NCBI GenBank assembly: GCA_040756875.1
Contig: JBFLYH010000002.1
Span: 190,526-254,525 of the forward strand
DNA from: a candidate division FCPU426 bacterium
Lineage (GTDB): Bacteria; Oederibacteriota; JAAXVQ01; JAUVAV01
Direction of reading: 5' to 3'
Length of the DNA stretch: 64,000 bases
This document shows, in pieces, positions 9,158 to 17,293 of the stretch (position 1 is its first letter; each line of letters opens with the position of its first letter). The position numbers were made by a program, and so were the translations under genes. The notes under the pieces are model-generated. The model had not been told where the DNA came from. It made no database searches and worked only from the letters and a program-made list of their open reading frames with translations.

Positions 9158-10081
9158 TCATTTGCCTTTTCTACAATCAACTGGTCTTTGTTGAGTTAGG
9201 ATTATTACATCACTTTCATTGTGAAATGAAGTAGTTACCATTTCCATGCGCCATTTTTGATATTCCCGAACTAAAGCTTCAATACCAGGCACCTCATTGA
9301 ATATCACATTTTCTTCGGCACATTTCACAACAAGGCTATTAAGCTCTCCTATTTTATCATCCTTTATTAATCTCATATCATCTGACTCTTTTACTTCATT
9401 ATGCGTCGGATGAATGAATAATGCTGTGCGAGGTGTCAAAGGGCAATAAAAATCGCAATATGGATTGCCTTCCCAATATTTCAGGCATACCGGATTATCG
9501 CTCGTAATAAAAGCCGTGGCCGACTTATTTATGAGGATCAGCCAAGGATATCCAATTAACTTCTGTCGCATTTTATCTAGATTTGATATTCCAAGCGCCT
9601 TAGCGAAATCTCTATCTACATCGACAGTAATTCCACCAGCCTCTCGTATTTTCTCAATAGCATCTTTATATTTAGAGTTGGGATTGAGTAATTCTTTCTG
9701 CTCAATTAAAGTTGCAGTCTGTTTTATTATTTCTGCCAATTGATTTTGGCCGAGTCTGGCCGCCGTGGGTGTATAAACTCTCAAAAAGGCAAGATAGCCA
9801 GCAATTGTTGATTTTAACTGATTATTAAAATTCCCCGTTTCTATCTTCTCAATACAATTTAGCCATTCGGGTTCGAAGTGTTCCAAATAGTCTTCAACAA
9901 TTCGAGGATTCGCCGGATAATAATTATTAGTACTCCAGTGATTTGGGCAACAGATCGTATTAATTGGGATAGAGTCCAATTTCTTTAAATCGCTTTTTCT
10001 TATTATGTTAACGTATCCAACATTACCAGGAATACTAAAACTCCTTAAATACGCTTGGGAAATATAGTGATCTCTAGGCAT
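9158..10081 (-). CDS. DUF4238 domain protein
   Basis: N-terminal DHYISQAYLRSF, FITSDNPV, PLTP motifs; AT-rich. Confidence 0.85.
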   Translation of the reverse strand: MPRDHYISQAYLRSFSIPGNVGYVNIIRKSDLKKLDSIPINTICCPNHWSTNNYYPANPRIVEDYLEHFEPEWLNCIEKIETGNFNNQLKSTIAGYLAFLRVYTPTAARLGQNQLAEIIKQTATLIEQKELLNPNSKYKDAIEKIREAGGITVDVDRDFAKALGISNLDKMRQKLIGYPWLILINKSATAFITSDNPVCLKYWEGNPYCDFYCPLTPRTALFIHPTHNEVKESDDMRLIKDDKIGELNSLVVKCAEENVIFNEVPGIEALVREYQKWRMEMVTTSFHNESDVIILTQQRPVDCRKGK

Positions 10082-10163
10082 ATTCAGATTCAATCCCGGC
10101 TCTACTGTCAGTTGGTACCAATACCGCTCTTGGGATGAGTACCATCTCCAACATTTGATATCA

Positions 10164-10218
10164 GGGGGCACAATGCTTATTTAACCAACCTAGTCAGGAA
10201 TTAAGTATGTTGTCCCCC
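10164..10218. repeat. imperfect inverted pair GGGGGCACAATGCTTATTT / AATTAAGTATGTTGTCCCCC
   Basis: REP-doublet-like hairpin between the DUF4238 and FRG genes; right arm overlaps the FRG stop. Confidence 0.6.
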
Positions 10219-11121
10219 CGGAATCTGTGTTAAGTAATAAGCCCGTTCATACATAGATTCAACAATACTTCGCAAGCTGGGAAACAATGTATCCCTTGAT
10301 ATATTATGTGACTTAAGATACTCCAATACATCCACAGCAAACTTAATAGGGATCTTGTATTGAGTCATGGCATTAGTAATTCCAACTATTTCCTCATACC
10401 CTTTTCGTTGCGTTTCATCATCGGTATTAGCTAAAAAAGTATTTTTACCTTTCTGCGCGGACAGGTTCGGATTAAGGCTTCCTTGAATTGGAAATATGCT
10501 AACTTTTCCTTCTTCTAAAAGTTGCCTGTCTAATCGACAGACATAGAAAAACTCGGTTTTATGGTTCGCGCGACTTTTTTCAGCCATTTTATTATGTACA
10601 ATGGCATCACTCGCGGCAAAATACAAAGCCACATAAGAATAACTCGACCAATCAAGATATCTCGTCGGTAATCCGTAGTGTTGCGCCAAAGCGAATACTG
10701 CATTCCATGTAGCCTTTGGTTCGGAAAATTTAGGCCAACTTTGAAATCTAAGTTCAATACTTTGTGGGGTATCTGATGTACGTAAACTTAATAAATCATC
10801 GCGAAATCGCGAATCGTCACCAGGCAATGGCACTCCCGCATCATCAGTTAAATGAATAAATCTATTAATAATGCGAAATTCTATGTAATTTTGTTGAACT
10901 TGTGGGTTAAGTTGCGCGTATCTATCTCTTTCTTTTTGAGTATCAAGAATTAAGGGTTTTAATAGTTCAATTTTACTATCCGCGTCAGTTCTTAATGAAG
11001 ACGGAATAAGCTTTTTATCTGTTCCCTGACCCCTATATAGGAACTGATCCGATATCGGAACTTCGGGTTTTAATTTAGTAAAAATAGCTTCAAAAGTATC
11101 AAAATTATCATCTGTAATCAT
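10201..11121 (-). CDS. FRG domain protein
   Basis: LYRGQ, LIPS, AQHYGLPTRYLDWS..VALYFA, N..AQ.G, LFP motifs. Confidence 0.9.
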   Translation of the reverse strand: MITDDNFDTFEAIFTKLKPEVPISDQFLYRGQGTDKKLIPSSLRTDADSKIELLKPLILDTQKERDRYAQLNPQVQQNYIEFRIINRFIHLTDDAGVPLPGDDSRFRDDLLSLRTSDTPQSIELRFQSWPKFSEPKATWNAVFALAQHYGLPTRYLDWSSYSYVALYFAASDAIVHNKMAEKSRANHKTEFFYVCRLDRQLLEEGKVSIFPIQGSLNPNLSAQKGKNTFLANTDDETQRKGYEEIVGITNAMTQYKIPIKFAVDVLEYLKSHNISRDTLFPSLRSIVESMYERAYYLTQIPGGQHT

Positions 11122-11239
11122 TTTAATACGCCTCCAACGCCTCTTAAATCGCCTTACTAAGACACGGGACACCATACCTTATCCAAGAATAATAAAAGGT
11201 GATCCAGCATTTTATTTTAAATATATTTCCTACGTCTAC

Positions 11240-11842
11240 CTATTTATCAAGATACCTCTTCATGTCTTTTCGCATTAATAGCGGTATTTTCTCATTCAAT
11301 AATTTAACCTTAATGGAATCGGGATCATCCAATATTACGTTTTGTGCTATTTTATTTTCAATTAGCTTTTTCGACCATTCCGGTGTTTTATCAATTACTT
11401 TTTTCATCGATCTAATATATTCATCAATAGTCTCATATAATTCTTGGGAACATATTATTTTGAGTTTTGAAAAACTATTATTTAATTTGTTTATTAATCT
11501 ATTTGTTTCTATTAATGAGCTCACTAAATAATTTCCACTAAAATCTTCTAAAACCGCCTCAACATTTTCACCTTTTAATATTCGAGAAATCATTCCTGAT
11601 ATTCCTTGCGAACTTTTTTTAGTAGATTCTTCAAGTAGGATATTTATTTCCTCAAACACTCCTAGTGTTTCTGTATATTTTTGATAACGAATGTCAAATG
11701 TTCGTCTCCGCTTCTCTTCTATTTTATTGAACCACCAACTTATAAAAGCGCTCACTACTACACTAATAATCAATGGAACCAATCCACTAGTAATCAATGG
11801 AACCAATATTTCTTTCAATATTTCTGTTGTTTCTTCACTCAT
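11240..11842 (-). CDS. hypothetical protein with N-terminal membrane anchor
   Basis: 200-aa AT-rich ORF; hydrophobic segment followed by helical charged region. Confidence 0.65.
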   Translation of the reverse strand: MSEETTEILKEILVPLITSGLVPLIISVVVSAFISWWFNKIEEKRRRTFDIRYQKYTETLGVFEEINILLEESTKKSSQGISGMISRILKGENVEAVLEDFSGNYLVSSLIETNRLINKLNNSFSKLKIICSQELYETIDEYIRSMKKVIDKTPEWSKKLIENKIAQNVILDDPDSIKVKLLNEKIPLLMRKDMKRYLDK

Positions 11843-11943
11843 ACTTATAATACCTCTCTATTTGGGAATATTTATTAGAAGGCTATATTTCTCCCTAACT
11901 TTTTCCCGCATTATACTCCCCTCCCCCTCAATTTCTACCACTA

Positions 11944-12084
11944 ATGGAGCCCCCCGACCGGGTGTTCAGGTCCGGGGCACCGAAGTCGGCCATACGTACT
12001 CATCATGGCCGACCGGCGACATCCCCGTAGCAGATAAGTCCAATATACCTCGGGCATCAACCCCGAGGTCTTCTGCGAAGGGGA
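11944..12084. mobile_element. non-autonomous IS200/IS605-end-like palindromic element (copy A)
   Basis: ATGGAGCCCCCCG start, two subterminal hairpins, internal GGCGACATCCCCG and CTGCGAAGGGGA end, all shared with 43364-43490. Confidence 0.6.
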
Positions 12085-12161
12085 CCACGTGCACAGCCCT
12101 GCGGAGGGCGTAGGGCAGAGGAGCAGAGCAGCAGAACAGCGGAGCAGGTGATAGGGTTGCA

Positions 12162-12250
12162 GTCATTGCGAGGAGTCCCCAGGGGGGCGACGCGGCAATC
12201 TGATTATGAACGGCAAGATTGCTTCGCACCAATTTCGCGCTCGCAATGAC
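12162..12250. repeat. GTCATTGCGAG...CTCGCAATGAC palindromic element
   Basis: Terminal inverted arms plus internal GCAATC/GATTGC; family recurs at 13979, 40014, 42.8-43.3 kb, 45551, 57634. Confidence 0.85.
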
Positions 12251-12334
12251 ATTTACTATGAGGGGACCTATTGTGCGCGCCAATAAATTCCTTGGGGATT
12301 TCATGTTTCGGCTTAGTTATAAAGAGTTTTCCGC

Positions 12335-12361
12335 TTTGATATCACGTTTTGTGATATCAAA
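12335..12361. promoter_or_regulatory. perfect inverted repeat, operator-like
   Basis: TTTGATATCAC-N5-GTGATATCAAA. Confidence 0.5.
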
Positions 12362-12422
12362 TATAGTTTAGGAGCATTTCGGTAGGACAAGCTTTATTGG
12401 TACATCACACGATAAAAATAGA

Positions 12423-12488
12423 CCCTCTCCCCTAGCCTCCTTGGATTTCCACCCTCTCCCTTCCCCTCTCCCCTCAAGGGAGAGGGGA
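12423..12488. repeat. CCCTCTCCC...GGGAGAGGG palindromic element
   Basis: cccctctccc-ctcaa-gggagagggg; family recurs at about 13900, 23991, 25275, 29219. Confidence 0.75.
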
Positions 12489-12560
12489 TAAAGAGAAGTA
12501 AGGATTAATTGAGTAGGTAATTAGTTCAAGAGAGGATAACCATAGTTACTACTGCGAAAT

Positions 12561-13313
12561 TCAGGCGGTTTTTTTAGGAGTGTTGACGACTACCGGCAGT
12601 TTGCCTTTCCAATCAGCCCACATCTTCGGATTCACCACCAGCTCGCACATCACATGCGCCACGTTGGCCATGTTGGTACTACCTGGCTTGAAAAGGCTAT
12701 CCACCAGACCCTCATGCAAGGAGTACTCCGAGACCTCGCCTTCCAGGAGCGAGTCAGGCCGGACTGCCACCCACTGAATAAAAGCATTATTCTGCCCGAT
12801 CTTTTTGATCAGGAAGTCCGCGGCCTGCTGGTTGTCTTTGGCAGGGGGCAGCACGTTGCAGAGCAGCCAGAGGAACACCCTTTCAAACGAGCCCCGGCGC
12901 GTATCGAGGCGGTTTGGGCGGTTGACCGAAACGCTGCTCATGAGGATAAACTTGACCGGCGCAGGCGGTTTAAGCGCCTCTATGCCCTGGCACAGGTGCT
13001 TCACTGCTTTCGTGACCAGTTTGTGCGGCGGCCCGAAGACCCCTTTAAGGCTGATATTGTGGCCAAGGCAGGAAATAACCGCATCGCAGCCAGCCAAATG
13101 CTGCTGCAGGTCCTTGGGTGGCAGGGAAAGCAGGTCAGCCTCGATCACGGTCAGGTTGGGCTTCCCTACAACCTCAGGTGGAAGCCTTTTGCCTGAGCGC
13201 ACGATGGCGCGGACATTGATGCCGCGATCCAGGAGTTGCTGCAATGCGCGCCGGCCTGTGCGTCCGGTAGCGCCGACCAGAAGAACGGTTTGCTGTGTGG
13301 GCATGGCCCACAT
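12561..13313 (-). CDS. NAD(P)H-binding atypical SDR protein
   Basis: VLLVGATGRTG Rossmann motif, DAVISCLG, WVAVRP; start uncertain (13313 or 13304). Confidence 0.85.
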   Translation of the reverse strand: MWAMPTQQTVLLVGATGRTGRRALQQLLDRGINVRAIVRSGKRLPPEVVGKPNLTVIEADLLSLPPKDLQQHLAGCDAVISCLGHNISLKGVFGPPHKLVTKAVKHLCQGIEALKPPAPVKFILMSSVSVNRPNRLDTRRGSFERVFLWLLCNVLPPAKDNQQAADFLIKKIGQNNAFIQWVAVRPDSLLEGEVSEYSLHEGLVDSLFKPGSTNMANVAHVMCELVVNPKMWADWKGKLPVVVNTPKKTA

Positions 13314-13359
13314 TATACGTTCCTCTTGTACCAAGGGGGAATATTTTATTGGTAGATTC

Positions 13360-13389
13360 TGTAGGGGCGTTCAATTGAACGCCCCTACA
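13360..13389. repeat. GTAG-type REP palindrome
   Basis: Perfect palindrome tgtaggggcgttcaattgaacgcccctaca; copies at 43052 and 55048. Confidence 0.9.
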
Positions 13390-13405
13390 AATGATAATAT
13401 TTAAT

Positions 13406-13440
13406 AAAAATAAAAGGGGCGCGGGAAAATCCCGCGTCCC
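13406..13440 (-). terminator. rho-independent terminator after the DoxX gene
   Basis: GC-rich stem GGGACGCGGGA...TCCCGCGCCCC followed by TTTTATTTTT on minus strand. Confidence 0.7.
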
Positions 13441-13471
13441 TGGGACACGCTCATGCCCTTTCCAGCCAAGC

Positions 13472-13843
13472 TTATGCCTTCCCTGTTGGCTTGTGCCCTA
13501 GCCTGCCAAAGATAATGGCCGCTGACAGCAAAGCCACAACCAGCCAATAAATAATGGAGCCGATTTCCAAGGGACCGATAAAAACACTTAACCCCGTAAA
13601 AAACAGCATTTCCGTGGTTATAAAGGCCGCGGAAACCGGGGCCAGAACGCCCAGTCTCTTGAATACCGGCAGGATCAGGCCCACACTGGCAAGCAACTCG
13701 ACCACGCCCAGGCCCAGCCAAAACCCATGCGGAAGCACTTGCAAGGCTGGTATCATCTGCTCGGAATTGCCAAACTTCCAAATCGCGCCGGTCAGGGTGT
13801 GAAAAGCCAGCAAGCCTTGCAGAACCCATAATAGGATATTCAT
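13472..13843 (-). CDS. DoxX-like membrane protein
   Basis: MNILLWVLQGLLA..GAIWK..LGVVELLASVGLILP; four TM segments; GGAGG RBS. Confidence 0.85.
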   Translation of the reverse strand: MNILLWVLQGLLAFHTLTGAIWKFGNSEQMIPALQVLPHGFWLGLGVVELLASVGLILPVFKRLGVLAPVSAAFITTEMLFFTGLSVFIGPLEIGSIIYWLVVALLSAAIIFGRLGHKPTGKA

Positions 13844-13899
13844 GGCACCCTCCTGCGACTGATGTCCGTACTTATTAGACACCGTCAAGGCAGAACACG

Positions 13900-14061
13900 C
13901 CCCCTCCCCTTCATCCCCTCTCACAAAAAATCCAGGGGAGGGGGATAAATGAGAAGGTGTGCAGTTGACGGCATTGCAGTCATTGCGAAGACCGGAGGGA
14001 CGCGGCAATCTGATTTTTCCACGGCGGGATTGCTTCGTCCCCTGCAGGGACTCGCAATGGC
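13900..14061. repeat. adjacent CCCTCCCC-type and GTCATTGCGA-type palindromic elements
   Basis: cccctcccc...ggggagggg at 13900-13945; gtcattgcga...tcgcaatggc at 13979-14061. Confidence 0.75.
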
Positions 14062-14094
14062 AATCAGGAATGCAATCGATGTTTATAATATGGA

Positions 14095-14427
14095 TCAGCG
14101 GTTTTTACGGGCAGCCAGGGCGAAGTGCATGAAGTACTTCCTCCAAGAGGCGTCAATGGCGGGGACTTGCTCGTTGCCAATGTAATCACCCAGGAAGGTT
14201 TCTCGCAGACGGGCAATTTCCTTCAGCCGTTTCGAGTGCTTAGGGTCAACCAGGGTTAATTCGATGAGTTCCAAGGCGCGGTTAAAAGCTTTACGGCTTA
14301 ATTCCGGATTGTTTTTCGTTCGCCAGGAGAGAAACCGCTCCACTTCACTGCCGATATTAGCCATTTGCGCGATCAAGGTCATCTGCTGCCAGCGGCCTAA
14401 AGCGAGTTCCTGGTGCTGAAAGCTCAC
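14095..14427 (-). CDS. conserved helical hypothetical protein, partner of DUF5674
   Basis: QMANIGSEVER..RALEL..E.ARLRE motifs; GTG start overlaps upstream stop. Confidence 0.7.
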   Translation of the reverse strand: MSFQHQELALGRWQQMTLIAQMANIGSEVERFLSWRTKNNPELSRKAFNRALELIELTLVDPKHSKRLKEIARLRETFLGDYIGNEQVPAIDASWRKYFMHFALAARKNR

Positions 14428-14765
14428 GGTTTAATCCTTTTCGCGACAATATCCAAAATCTTCCGGCGAATGCTTTCGTCTTCCACTCCGCGGCTGGGAT
14501 TACCCTGCCTGGGTCGTATGTTGATCAAAGAATCGAACTCCACTAAGTCCTGGGAAGGCAAAGCAGGATAGAGGTTAATACCCCAGATGTGCTCCTGTTT
14601 AGAACCATCCTCAATTAACAGCGCTTCCAGGTCGGCGTGTAATTCCGCATCCAGAGCGACAAGGTCACGCTGAATATCCACAACCGCTTTTACCATGTCT
14701 CCAAAGGAATGATCGGCCATGATTTGTATTTCGGCAAGCGGTATTGAGGCGGTTACGATAATCAT
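14424..14765 (-). CDS. DUF5674 family protein
   Basis: KAVVDI..ELHADLE..LI..GS.Q..IWGINLYP..EFDSLINIRP.QGN.SR. Confidence 0.8.
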   Translation of the reverse strand: MIIVTASIPLAEIQIMADHSFGDMVKAVVDIQRDLVALDAELHADLEALLIEDGSKQEHIWGINLYPALPSQDLVEFDSLINIRPRQGNPSRGVEDESIRRKILDIVAKRIKP

Positions 14766-14786
14766 AAGTATTTCCTTTTGCTAGGT

Positions 14787-15845
14787 TTAAACCAGCTTTA
14801 CTTCCCTCTTCCCCTTCCCGATCTCGCCGATCACGTACGCTTTTTCCTTGTTCTGCTTGAGGAGCTTGAGGGCGAGCGGGGCCTGGGATTTGGACACGAT
14901 CGCGACCATGCCGATGCCCATGTTGAAGGTGCGGTACATGGTGGGTTCAGGCAGCTTGGCTTTTTGGGCCATAAAAGAAAAGACCGGCAAAACGGGCCAG
15001 CTGCCTTTGCGGATGACCGCGCCAGTGCCCTGAGGCAGGATGCGCGGGATGTTTTCCAGGAATCCGCCGCCTGTAATGTGCGCCAGGCCTTTGACCGCGG
15101 CTTTTTTCAGCAGCGGCCACACGGCCGGCAGGTAGGATTTGTGCACGGCCATGAGTGCCTCGGTCACGGAGAGGCCCAGCTCGGGGATCACGGTCTTGGG
15201 CGTGAGCATGAGGTCCGAGAAAAAGATCTTCCGCGCCAGGGAATAGCCGTTGGTGTGCAGGCCCGTGGAAGGCAGGCCGATGATCACGTCGCCGGGCTTG
15301 ATGGATTTGCCGTCGATCACCCGGCTGCGGTCCACGGCGCCGACAATGGTGCCGGCCAAGTCAAAATCCTCATCCTTGTACAGCCCGGGCATTTCCGCGG
15401 TTTCGCCGCCCAGGAGCGCGCACTTGTTTTCGCGGCAGGCCTGGGCCAGGCCCTTGACCACCTGCTCCACCACCTTGGGATCGAGCTTGCCCGTGGCGAA
15501 ATAATCGAGGAAGAACAGCGGCCGGGCGCCCTGCACCAGTATGTCGTTCACGCAGTGGTTGACCAGGTCCTGGCCGATGGTGTCGTAGCGGCCGATCGCG
15601 GCGGCGATCATGATTTTGGTGCCTACGCCGTCCGTGGAAGCCACCAGCACGGGCTGTTTGAACCCTCCCGGCAGCTTGAACAGGCCGCCGAACGAACCCA
15701 CGTCGGCCAGCACCTCGGGGGTGCGCGTGGAATGCACGTGCGCCTTGATGCGTCGCACGGTCTCGTTGCCCGCGTCGATGTTCACGCCGGCCGCGGCATA
15801 GGCGTCTGGAACAGGGGCTGGTTTGCGGGGGGGATTTTTTCTCAT
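14787..15845 (-). CDS. purM: phosphoribosylformylglycinamidine cyclo-ligase
   Basis: YAAAGVNI, TDGVGTK, GGETAEMPG, GLHTNG, HITGGG, TFNMG. Confidence 0.97.
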   Translation of the reverse strand: MRKNPPRKPAPVPDAYAAAGVNIDAGNETVRRIKAHVHSTRTPEVLADVGSFGGLFKLPGGFKQPVLVASTDGVGTKIMIAAAIGRYDTIGQDLVNHCVNDILVQGARPLFFLDYFATGKLDPKVVEQVVKGLAQACRENKCALLGGETAEMPGLYKDEDFDLAGTIVGAVDRSRVIDGKSIKPGDVIIGLPSTGLHTNGYSLARKIFFSDLMLTPKTVIPELGLSVTEALMAVHKSYLPAVWPLLKKAAVKGLAHITGGGFLENIPRILPQGTGAVIRKGSWPVLPVFSFMAQKAKLPEPTMYRTFNMGIGMVAIVSKSQAPLALKLLKQNKEKAYVIGEIGKGKREVKLV

Positions 15846-17293
15846 CGCCGGCTGAAACGCTCCTTGGACACTTCTTTTTCCTGAATGCCCTGGTTCGACC
15901 GCTCGGCGCGCTGGCCGAAATCCACGGGATAGTCGCCGGTAAAGCAGGCCTGGCAGAACTTGCGCTGCTGGTCCGGCATGGCGGCCAGCATGCCCTCTTT
16001 GGACAGGTAGGCCACGGTGTCCACGCGCAGGTAGGTGGCGATCTCCTCCATGGTGTGGGTGGCGGCGATCAGCTCCTGGCGCGTGGGAAAATCCATGCCG
16101 TAGAAGCAGGGGTGCGTGACCGGCGGCGAGGACAGGCGCAGGTGCACCTCCGCGGCGCCGGCTTGGCGCAGCATTTTGACGATCTTGCGGGAGGTGGTGC
16201 CGCGCACCAGCGAGTCGTCGATCACGATCACGCGCTTGCCCTTGACCGCCTCGCGCACCACGTTGAACTTGAGTTTGACGCCGAAGTCACGGATGTTCTG
16301 CGAGGGCTCGATGAAGGTCCGGCCCACGTAGTGGTTGCGGATGAGCGCCATCTCGAAGGGCAGGTTGGACTCCTGGGCGAAGCCGATGGCCGCGCACACG
16401 CCCGAGTCCGGCACCGGCACCACGATGTCCGCCTGGACCTTGTTCTCCCGGGCCAGCATCTGCCCCAGGCGCTTGCGCGCCTCCCAGCAGGAGTCGCCGA
16501 AGATCCGCGAGTCCGGCCGGCTGAAATAAATGTGCTCGAAGATGCAGAGCGCGCCGGAGGTGGGCACGGCGCTGAAGCGGTGGGACTGCAGGCCGTGCTT
16601 GTCGCACCACACGATTTCGCCCGGCTCCACGTCGCGCAGGTATTCGGCGCCGATCAGGTCGAAGGCGCAGGTCTCGGAGGCGAACACGTACCCTTCCTGC
16701 ATGCGGCCGATGGCCAGGGGCCGGAAGCCGTAGGGGTCGCGGATGGCCACCACCGCGTCGTCGCGCAGCAGCAGGTACGAATACGCGCCCTGCAGCTGGC
16801 GCAGGCTGGTGGTGAGCGCGGTCAGGAAATCGTTCTCCGGCTCGTGGGCCAGCAGGTGGATCAGGGCTTCGGAATCGGACGAGGTCTGGAAGATCGCGCC
16901 CTTGGCCACCAGCTCCCTGCGGACAGTGTCCGCGTTGACCAGGTTGCCGTTGTGCGCCAGGGCCAGGTTGCCGCGCCGGTACTCGACCACCAGGGGCTGG
17001 GCGTTTTTCTCCACCGACGGGCCGGTGGTGGAATAGCGCGCGTGTCCGATGGCCGCGCTGCCGTCCAGAGTCTGGAGCTTGGTTTCGTTGAACACGTCGG
17101 CCACCAGGCCCGCGCCGCGCACGGACATGAGGCCCTGCTGGCCGCTGGACACGATGCCCGCGCCCTCCTGGCCGCGGTGCTGGAGCGCGTGCAGCATGAG
17201 GTACACCAGGTTGGCGGCCTCGGTCAGTCCGAACACAGCCGCAATGCCGCAGGCCTCCCGGGGATGACTATCATTATACATTTCCTTGAACAT
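15842..17293 (-). CDS. purF: amidophosphoribosyltransferase
   Basis: CG nucleophile after propeptide, [30 protein letters not shown]. Confidence 0.97.
   Translation of the reverse strand: MFKEMYNDSHPREACGIAAVFGLTEAANLVYLMLHALQHRGQEGAGIVSSGQQGLMSVRGAGLVADVFNETKLQTLDGSAAIGHARYSTTGPSVEKNAQPLVVEYRRGNLALAHNGNLVNADTVRRELVAKGAIFQTSSDSEALIHLLAHEPENDFLTALTTSLRQLQGAYSYLLLRDDAVVAIRDPYGFRPLAIGRMQEGYVFASETCAFDLIGAEYLRDVEPGEIVWCDKHGLQSHRFSAVPTSGALCIFEHIYFSRPDSRIFGDSCWEARKRLGQMLARENKVQADIVVPVPDSGVCAAIGFAQESNLPFEMALIRNHYVGRTFIEPSQNIRDFGVKLKFNVVREAVKGKRVIVIDDSLVRGTTSRKIVKMLRQAGAAEVHLRLSSPPVTHPCFYGMDFPTRQELIAATHTMEEIATYLRVDTVAYLSKEGMLAAMPDQQRKFCQACFTGDYPVDFGQRAERSNQGIQEKEVSKERFSRR

Noticed and set aside
5800-11900. 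Classical integron/CALIN with attC sites
   Set aside because: No convincing RYYYAAC...GTTRRRY hairpins at gene ends and no integrase in the window. A lone ATTTAAC near 7805-7811 has no matching partner.
11966-12304. 112-aa ORF
   Set aside because: Reads through two palindromic repeat elements; no protein-like motifs.
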